Positions 63,623 through 64,000 of a stretch of DNA of 64,000 nucleotides are shown in pieces; position 1 is the first letter of the stretch; each line of letters opens with the position of its first letter. The notes below the pieces were generated by a model that worked only from the letters and a program-made list of their open reading frames with translations, did not search any database and had not been told where the DNA came from. A program made the translations under genes and the position numbers. Source of the DNA: an uncultured Pelagibacteraceae bacterium (GTDB taxonomy: Bacteria; Pseudomonadota; Alphaproteobacteria; Pelagibacterales; Pelagibacteraceae); assembly GCA_902530885.1 (NCBI GenBank), contig CACABZ010000002.1:2692-66691 (forward strand). Direction: 5' to 3'.

Positions 63623-64000
63623 TTGAAGGAATTCTTATCGGTTTAAATACCGCGCTATCAATAAAAAATATCATTATGGTGATGATTGGGTGTTTTGCTG
63701 GAACTATAATTGGAATGCTTCCAGGATTGGGACCTATGACAGCGATAGCTCTAATGATTCCAATTACTTATGGTTTTGAACCTTCAACTGGATTAATTTT
63801 GATGGCAGGAGTTTATTACGGAGCAGTATTTGGTGGCTCAACATCTTCAATACTAATTAATGCTCCTGGTATTCCTGGGACTGTAGCTACATCTTTTGAT
63901 GGTTATCCTATGGCTCAACAAGGAAAAGCTGGTAAAGCTTTAGCGATCGCAGCTTATAGTTCTTTTGCTGGAGGAACGATCGCAGCAATTTTTTTATTAT
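63619..64000 (+). CDS. tctA: Tripartite tricarboxylate transporter TctA (3' truncated)
   Basis: GTIIGMLPGLGPMTAIAL, YYGAVFGGS.SSILIN.PG, FDGYPMAQQGKAG. Confidence 0.93.
   Translation, partial: MIEGILIGLNTALSIKNIIMVMIGCFAGTIIGMLPGLGPMTAIALMIPITYGFEPSTGLILMAGVYYGAVFGGSTSSILINAPGIPGTVATSFDGYPMAQQGKAGKALAIAAYSSFAGGTIAAIFLL

Overview
AT-rich, gene-dense chromosomal segment of a streamlined alphaproteobacterium, most likely SAR11/Candidatus Pelagibacter (inferred from gene content and compactness). Most of the window is housekeeping and metabolic genes: ligA, pepP, uvrD, fumC, thyX, hflKC-degP, miaA, ilvBNC-leuA, mreBCD-mrdA-rodA, soxBDAG, ETF/ETF-QO with a dimethylglycine-dehydrogenase-like gene, metY behind a tandem SAM-II/terminator/SAM-V riboswitch, cysE, a liv-type ABC transporter, csiD and a tripartite tricarboxylate transporter. 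The notable region is about 7.9-15.5 kb, downstream of a permuted two-piece tmRNA gene (minus strand, tag ANNKFALAA). Seven degenerate direct copies of the terminal hairpin of the tmRNA coding piece (GGGGCGTTCTGTTGCCAGGTGCCCC on +) divide it into tightly packed units of 124-2527 bp carrying small accessory genes. The unit next to the tmRNA has three AAACTTCGTG(TA) repeats inside each end, resembling integrase arm sites, and carries a possible defence gene pair. No integrase is visible in the window. Product calls come from recognising motifs by eye; no database searches were run.
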